Assembly: GCF_009914755.1 (NCBI RefSeq)
Contig: NC_060946.1
Length of the DNA: 64,000 nucleotides
Origin: the human T2T-CHM13v2.0 reference genome, Homo sapiens
Reading direction: 5' to 3' (one strand)
Shown: positions 55,526 to 64,000 of the stretch, piece after piece
Numbering within the stretch: position 1 is the first letter of the stretch
How the letters are laid out: every line of letters begins with the position of its first letter
Position numbers and translations under genes: made by a program
The notes under the pieces: model-generated
Databases searched by the model: none
Told to the model about the DNA's origin: nothing
What the model saw: only the letters and a program-made list of their open reading frames with translations

Positions 55526-58502
55526 TGAATTTCTCTAATATTAATAAACACAGTTCTGTGATTTTTGGCTATTTGGATTTCTTGTGTCATGAAGAGTTTG
55601 TTCAGATTTTTTGCCCATAGTTAGGTGTTTTAAAAACTGATTTTTAAGAACTTTTTTCTATATCCAGGATAAAAATTATTTGTTCAGTTGTATGTGTTGA
55701 AATAGTCTTTCCCATCCATCTTTGTTCTTACTTTCCTCATGGTGTCTTATTATTTCATTGAGGTATAACTTAAATAGAGTAAACTGCAAAATTTTTAAGT
55801 ATACATCTTGACATAAGTACAGATGTATGTACGCATCACCCAGATGGAAATACAGAACATGCCCATCTCCCTAGGCGGCTTCTTGAGTGTCCCGTCTCCC
55901 TCACTGCCAATCCCCAGATGTAACTTCTGTTCTGACTTCTATGATGTTTTAATGAATAAAAATTCCCAATTTTAATGTAAAATTTATCAGTCTTTCCTTC
56001 TATGTTTAGTGATTTTTGTGTCTCTGAGGTCTGAGGTCATAAAAGTATGCTAAAGGCTTTACAGTTTTGCCTTCTATCTGGATTTGTAATCTATCAGAAT
56101 TGTAATTATTTATGATGTACAGTAGGGATTCTGTCTTTTTTTAATTTCCCCTGCGATTATGCAGTTGTTTCCGTTTCAGTATTTAAAAACCTTCATTTCA
56201 CCCTTGGCTCTGCAGGACCGCCTTGTCATAAATCATTGTCCTACAGGCATGATTCTGTTTCCTGTGCTGTATTCTCTGTCCCTGGCCTGATACTATACTC
56301 TTGTAATCATCGTGACTTTATGATCTTGGTATCCGGTAGGGCCAATTTTGAATGTTAACCAACTTTTCATATATTATCCTTCTTATATGTTGCTGGATTC
56401 AGTCAGTTGCTGTATCATTATGTTCATGGATTTATTCGGCAGGTGTTTATTGAGTAGCTGGCATGTTATGTGCTGCACACTGTTCTAGCTGCCAGGGATA
56501 CAATGGTTGATCAAAAAAGAGACACTGTGTGCTCCCATGAAGGTTTCAGTATGGTAGGTGGGCACACCCCCTGCTAGGCTTGGGGGCAGGCACTCAGGTC
56601 ACCTGGGAGACTCTGTGCCCTCAGCATCTTGTGACGTGCCCTTGCTGGGTCTGTCGCTTGTACTTTTTTGTGAGCTCCTTGAGAGCAAAGCACATCATGT
56701 TTACTTCTTCGTTTTTTGTTTGTTTGTTTGTTTTGGTAGTCCCTGGCACATGGTGGTACAGTGGGTATGCAGTAAGTTCTGGAGCAGGGACTTACCTTCC
56801 TACCTTCCTTTGCCTTCCCCACGCTCTTACCTGCTGAGTGTAGTCAGCCCGTCCTGTTTTCCCTTCCGGCACTCTGGCCACCCTCTTCTAATATCCCACA
56901 CTGCCCCTGCAGCTCACAGAGACCTGCACATACTGTTCCTCTCACTGGAGTTCTCCCCTTTCTACATTTGGCCAACTCCTACTCACCTTTGAGTTTGATT
57001 TAAATATTATTTATTTAAGATAAGTCTTTCATGATCCCAACTCAAATTTAAGGCCCCCTTTTTATTGTTTCACCTTATCCTGTAATTTAACATTGTAGCT
57101 TTTATAGTACTTTGTAATTATGTGTTTATTTCTCTGCATCTAACTCTCCTCAAGGCACTAAATTGATATTTAGAGTAAACATAGGCACCATCTCTGCTGT
57201 GTCCCCCTTCCATAGTGATTGTCTTTACTTTCCATCCCTTAGTTGAAAATTGGTAAAGGGAAAATGAGGAAACTCTAAGAATCGTGTCATATTTAATGAA
57301 ATCTTCAAGTGGCATCAGATGCTAGTTGGGAACAATGACTTACAAAGTGCAGTAAACACATCACATATCCATGGGTATATGGTGGCAGCTAGAAAACAAA
57401 TTTGTATTGATAACTGAATTGATAGAGGTTTTTATCTATGGACCGAGGTGATGTGATCTAGCTTTTTCTGTGATACCCAGAATCTATAACCTGTCTTTGT
57501 TGACCTCAAGATAAAGACCTTGTAACAACAACAGTAATAACAGATTTGTGTGGGAGAGGGTTCAGGGAAATTCATGGGTAGGAGGTCCCAGGAATCTCCT
57601 AGACAACATTTGTACTGAATCTGATGTAACTGTTTTGGTACGCTGAAGTCCACTGAAGTCTTGCAATGTCCACAAGAAGGCTTGAATGGTAAAGTGGAGT
57701 TAACTTCTGTCAATTTCAGCTCTAGCTCAGTAGCAGCTATTCCTCCTCCATCCCCAGTCCTATGGCAGACAGCTGCTGTACACTGTTCCTAGAGCATCTT
57801 GCAAGCAGCTTGTGGGAGCCAGGTAGGGTGGGCCAAAAAGACCCTGACATGCAAATATCTGGGGTCAGTGCTCTGATTACTGATTTCAGCTTTTGATCAC
57901 AGAGGTACAGACAAAGGAGTGGAGACCATTATTGTTGCATCTGCCCCCATTGTTGTAAGTCCTTCCACCTCTGGCTGAAGTGGCTTTCTGGGTATTTAAA
58001 AGGCCAGCACCCTTTTTCCCTCTTCCCTTTATTTTTCTTTTGCATCTTTTGGGAACCAGGCATTAAATACTAGGACATTGAAAAATAACTGTATATACAG
58101 GGAAAATTAGAAAGTTACCGTAGATTCCCAGGGAATAGCATAGGCTCGGAGAAGACCTGAGAAGATCTTAAATTTACACCTCAGGCTTATCCTTGGCACA
58201 GAGACAGCCTGCAACAATCCAGAAATAATAATAATAATGAACAGTAACAAAAGTAGCAAACACTTTGTCTTAGAATCTGAATTCTAGAGTTACCACATTA
58301 TTAGAGTCAGATGTCCCATTTAAAAAACAATCATAAGGCATACATAAGAAACAGGAAAGTAGGCCCATTCAAGGGGGAAAAAATGAAACAAACAGAAACC
58401 ATTCTTGGATTCATCTACTATATTTTAAAACAAGGGTCTTACTGAAGATGCTCAAGGAACTAAAGGAACGTGTGGAAAATCAATAAAACAATATATGGAC
58501 AA

Positions 58503-58811
<309 letters not shown>

Positions 58812-59833
58812 TCAGCAAAGAGATAGAAGACCTGAAGATAAATCAAAGAGAAATTCTGGAGCTGAAAGTACAATACCTGAAATAAATTTACTAGAAGGAT
58901 TCGAAGACAGATTTGAGCAGGGAGAAGGAAGCTAGGACAATGGAAAATATTAAGTCCAACAAGCAGAAAGAAAAAAGGTTGTAGAAAAGTGAACAGAGCC
59001 TAAGGGATATGTGGAACACCATCAAGCCAACCAACATACGCATTGTGGGAAACAAGGAAAAAGAGAAAAGGGCAGAGAGAATATCTGAAGAAATAAGGAC
59101 TGAAAATTTTCCACATTTGATGGAAGTCACGAATATATACAACCAGGAAACTCGGTGAGCTCCAAGTTAAGATGAACTCAAGGAGACATATTATAGTCAG
59201 AGTTTTGAAAGACAGAGATAAAGAGAATCTTAAAAGCAGCAAGGAAGAAGCAGCCCATCACATGCAAGAGATAATCCATAGGATTACCAGCAGTTTTCTT
59301 ATTAGAAACTTTGGAGGCCAGAAGGCAGTGGGCCAAAATGTTCAAAGTGCAAAAAGAAAAAACTGTCAACTAAGAATCGTTTGTCTGTCCAAACTGTCCT
59401 TCAAACATGAGGGATAAATTAAGGCATTCACAGACGAACAAAAGCTGATGGAGTTTGTTACCACTAGACCTGCCTTGTAAGAAATGCTCAAGGTAATCCT
59501 GCAGGATGAAATGAGAAGACAACAGACAGTAACTTGATGCTATATGAAGAAATAAAGATCTCAATAGAGATAAATTCATGAGCAATATACAAGCTAGTTT
59601 ATAACTTCACATTTTGTTTTCTACATATTTTAAGAGACTAATGTGTCTGAAAGGATTACTAGTTTATTTTTGGGGTACACAGCATATAAGGTTTTAATTT
59701 TTTTTATGTTAACCGAAAGGAGTAAACAGAGCTTTAAAGGAGCAGCATTTTTGGATGTTACTGAAGTAAAACTGGCATAAATTAGAATTAGAGTATTATA
59801 ACTTTCGAATGTTAAATGTAATCCCCATGGTAA

Positions 59834-59834
<1 letters not shown>

Positions 59835-59869
<35 letters not shown>
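59835..59869 (+). repeat. (CA)n microsatellite, about 17 units
   Basis: Direct. Confidence 0.95.
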
Positions 59870-59871
<2 letters not shown>

Positions 59872-60765
59872 CTATAGAATATACACAAAAGGAAATGAAA
59901 AAGGAACTTAAACATTTCAGTACAAAAAATAAAAAGAAGACAATAATGTAAGAAATAAGTTATAAGACATATGGGAAACAAATAGCAAAATGACATAAAT
60001 AAGCCCTTATCGGTAATTATTTAAATGTAAATGGATCAAGCTGTGTAATCAAAAGACAGAGATTAACAGAATGGATAAAAACACTTGATCTAACTGTACT
60101 GTCTACAAGAGATTCAGTTTAGATCCAAAGACACAAATAGGTTGAAAATAAGAGGATAGAAAAAGATAGTATAAGGAAGTGGTAAGAGAGAGCAGACGTG
60201 ACTAATATCAGACAAAATGATTTTAAATCAAATAAAGGTTGCAAGAGACAAAGAAGAACATAATATATTAAAGTTTCAATACAGTAAGAAGATACAACAG
60301 ATATAAACATTTGCACAGACCGATAACAGGCCAAAATATATGAAGCAAAAACTGAAGGAAGAAATAGTTCTACAGTAATAGTTGGAAACTTCATTACCCT
60401 ACTCTCAATAATGGATAGAAGAACCAGACAGAAGGTAAGTAAGGAAACAGAGGACTTAATAAACAAACTAGATCTAACAGACATACACAGAACACTCTAT
60501 CCTACAACAAGAGCATATACATTCTTCTCAAGTGCACAGAAGACATTTTCCAGGATAGAGTGTATATTAGGTAACAAATTAAGTTTCCATAGATTTTTAA
60601 AGATATCATACAGAGTATCTTTTCTGACTACAACTGGATAATGTTAGATATCAGAAATAGAACTAAAACTGGACTATTCACAAATTTATGGAAATTAAAA
60701 AACATACTGTTAACCAGTAGATCAAAGACGAAATCACAAGGGAAATTAGAAAATACTTAGAGGTC

Positions 60766-60921
60766 AGCTGGGTGCAGTGGCTCATACCTGTAATCCCAGC
60801 AGTTTGGGAGGCCAAAGTAGGAGGATTGCTGGAGGCCAGGAGTTCAGGACCTGCCTGGGCAACATGGTGAAGCCCCATCTCTATTAAAAACTTAAAAAAA
60901 GAAAAAAAAAAGAAGAAAAAA
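60766..60921 (+). mobile_element. FLAM_C-like monomer inserted in L1 ORF2
   Basis: Monomer plus A tail; TSD aaaatacttagag / aaaatatttagag. Confidence 0.88.
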
Positions 60922-63900
60922 ATATTTAGAGACAAATGAAAATGAAAAGACAACATAACAGAACTTATGGGACACAGCAAAAATAATGCTAAGGGGGAAA
61001 TTTTATAGCTATAAATGCTTACATTAAAAAATAAGAAAGTTCAAAGAACTAGATAAGGACATAGAAAAAGTAAACCCAAAGCTAGCAAAAGGAAGATAAT
61101 AAATATTAGGGCAGAGATAAAACAAACTAGAGAATAGAAAAATAATAGAGAAAATTATGAAAACAGAAGTTGCTTTTTTAAAGATCAACAAAAGTTGACC
61201 AACTTTTAGCTAGGTGGACTAAGGTAAAAAGACTCAAATTATCAGAAATGAAAGTGGGGACATTACTACTGATTCTACAGAAATAAAAAGGGTTGCAAGA
61301 GAGCACTGTGAACAATTGTACACCATCAGTTTGGATAATGTAAATGAAATGGACAAATTCCTAGAAACTCAAAACCTATTATAAAATATGGATAGACCTA
61401 GTTATAGTAAGTACTATAGTAAGTACTATAAGTTACTAGTTATAGTAAGACAATTAAATCAGCAATGAAAAATCTCACAAAGAAAAGCCCTAAACCTGAT
61501 GCCTTCACTGGTGAATTCTAGCAAACATTTCAAGGGGAACTAATACCAATCCTTCTCAAACTTTTCCAAAAAAATTGAGGAGAAGAGAACACTTCCTAAC
61601 TCATTTTATGAAGCCAGCATTTCCCTGGTACAAAAGCTAGACAGAGACACTACAAGAAAACTAAAGACCAACATCCTTTATGAACATGAATTTAACAGCA
61701 TACTAAAAGAATTACACACCATGACCAAATGGAATTTATTCCTGGAATGCGGGGGTGGTTCAACATACTGAAATTGATCAGTGTAATACACCACATTAAT
61801 AGAATGAAGGGAAAGAAACACATGATCAATTCAGTTGATGCAGAAAAAGCATTTGACAAAATTCAACATCTCTTCATGATAAAAAACACTCAACAAACTA
61901 GGAATATAATGAAACTGCCTCAACATAATAAAAGCCAGGAAAACCCAACAAGTGAAAAATCAACAGCAAACATAACTCCACGATGAAAGACTGAAAGCTT
62001 TTTCTCTAAGATCGGGAACAAGGCAAGGACGTCCACTTTCATCACTTTTATTCAATATCTTACTAGAAGTTCTAACCAAACCAATTAAGCATGAAAAAGA
62101 AAAGGCATCCAAATTAGAGGAAGAAGTAAAATTATCTTTTCACAGATTATATGATCTATGGGAAACCCTAAAGATTCCATCCCCCTCATACACAAAAACC
62201 ATTAAAACTCATGTTTTAATGAATTCAGTAAAGTAGAACTATATAAAGTCAACACACAAAAATCAGTTGCATTCTATTTACTAATACTGACGGAATGGAA
62301 ATTACAAAAGCAATTCCTTTTATAATAGCATCAAAAATAATAAAATACTTAGGAATTAACTTACTCAAGGAGGTGAAAGACTTGTACCATGAAAACTATA
62401 AAACATTGCTGAAAGAAATTAAAGGAGACATAAACGGGAACACATCGCATGTTCATGTGTTGAAAAACAATATTGTTAAGATGTCAGTACTGCTCAGAGC
62501 AATTACAGATTTAATGCAAGTCATGTCAATATCCCAATGAAATTTTTTGCAGATATAGAAAAACCCATTCCAAACTTCATATGGAATCCCAAGGGACATT
62601 GAATAGCCAAAACAATGTATAAGAAGAACAGAGCTGGAAGACTCACACTTCCTGATTTTGAAACTTATAATAAAGCTACAATAATCAAAACAATGTGGTA
62701 CTGACATGAAGACAGACATCTGGACTAGTGGGACAGAATAGAGAATCCAGAGATAAATCTCCACAAATGTAGTCAAATGATTGCTGAAAAGGATGACAAC
62801 ACCATTCAGTGGAGAAAGCGCAGTCTTTTCAATAGATGGTGCTAAGGAAACTAGATATCCAGGTGCAAAAGAATGAAACTGAACCCTTACTTAACGTCAT
62901 ATACAAAAATTAACTCAAAGTGGATTAAATGTAAGACTCTTAGATGAAAATACAGAGCAGAAGCTTCACATGACATTGGATTTGGCAGTTATTTATTGGA
63001 TGTGATACCAAAGGCACAGACAGCAAAAGGAAAAATGATAAATTGGACTACATGAAAATTTTAAAATATTTTGCATCATTCAACAGAGTGAAAGAATCAT
63101 TCAACAGAGTGAAAATGTAATCCACAGAATGGGAGAATATATTTGCAAATTATTTATTTGATAAGGGATAGATATCTAGAATATATAGAGAATTCATAAA
63201 ACTTAACAATAAAACAACCTCATTCAAAAATGGACAAAAGACTTGAGTACACATTTCTCCAGTAAGATATACAAATGGCCAAGAAGCACATGAAAATATA
63301 CTCAGCATCACTAATCATGAGGAAAATGCAAATCAAAACCACAATGAGATACCACCTCACATCCATGAGGATAGCCACTATACAAAACAAGAAAAAAAAA
63401 AAAAACAAGTCTTGGCATGAATGTGGAGAAATCAGAACTCCCATGCATTACTGATGGGAATGTAAAATGGTGCAGCCATTGTGGAAAACGGTTTGGCAAG
63501 TCCCCAAAAAGTTAAAGATAGAATTACTATATATATGATTTAGCAATTCCACTTCTGGGTATATACCCGAAAGAATTGAGAGTAGTGTCTCAAAGAAGTA
63601 TTTGTACACCATGTTCCTAGCAGCATTATGTGCAGTAGCCAAAAGGTAGAAGCAACCCAGGTGTCCACCAAAGGATGAGTGGATAAACAAAATGTGGCCT
63701 CTACATTTACTGAAATATGAGTCAGCTTTAAAAGGAAGGCAGTTCTGACACACACTACAACATGGATGAACCCTGAGGACCTTACACTTAGTGAAATAAG
63801 CCAGTCATACCGTGTCAGCTTATTTATAAGAGGTACTTAGAGTAGTCAAAATCACAGAGACAGAAAGTAGAGTGCTTGCCAGTGGTTGAGGGGAGAGAAG

Positions 63901-64000
63901 AAAGGGAATTACTGTTTAATGGGGACTGAGTTTCAGTTTACAAGACGAGTTGCGGAGATGGATGGTGGTGATAGACACACAACGTTGTGAATGCGTTTAA

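Noticed and set aside
56558-56992. Longest non-TE-looking ORFs (144 aa here; 146 aa at 36226-36666; 127 aa at 51003-51386)
   Set aside because: No recognisable homology, low-complexity or L2-derived composition, and lengths expected by chance in six frames.

Overview
Human (primate) intronic DNA from the ATXN10 (ataxin-10) gene, transcribed on the + strand. The only host coding sequence is one 64-nt exon (39669-39732, VNELDGIPLILDNCNISDSNP+T; conventionally exon 10). It is preceded by a U2-type acceptor and followed by a minor-spliceosome (U12-type) GTATCCTT donor. Upstream, intron 9 holds the SCA10 pentanucleotide repeat as a normal-range pure (ATTCT)15 allele (28060-28134). The repeat forms the tail of an antisense Alu that is split by a MER11 LTR and sits inside an old L1. 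Intron 9 also carries an antisense processed pseudogene of the CCA-adding enzyme TRNT1 with an ERV1-class LTR in its 5' end. The rest is mostly L1, Alu, L2/MIR, MaLR and DNA-transposon relics, and nearly all ORF-track ORFs are spurious or TE-derived. The most interesting unexplained structure is a second array, (AGAAT)2 AGAAAAT (AGAAT)10 at 51889-51957. It is the exact reverse complement of the SCA10 repeat and lies almost symmetrically on the other side of exon 10. It is directly followed by a U12-like branch point and AG that would create an immediate stop codon if joined to exon 10. Two perfect U12 donor decoys in intron 9 and an AG/GTAAAT recursive-type junction add to the picture. All functional interpretations are hypotheses, and repeat subfamily names were assigned by eye and need RepeatMasker/Dfam confirmation.
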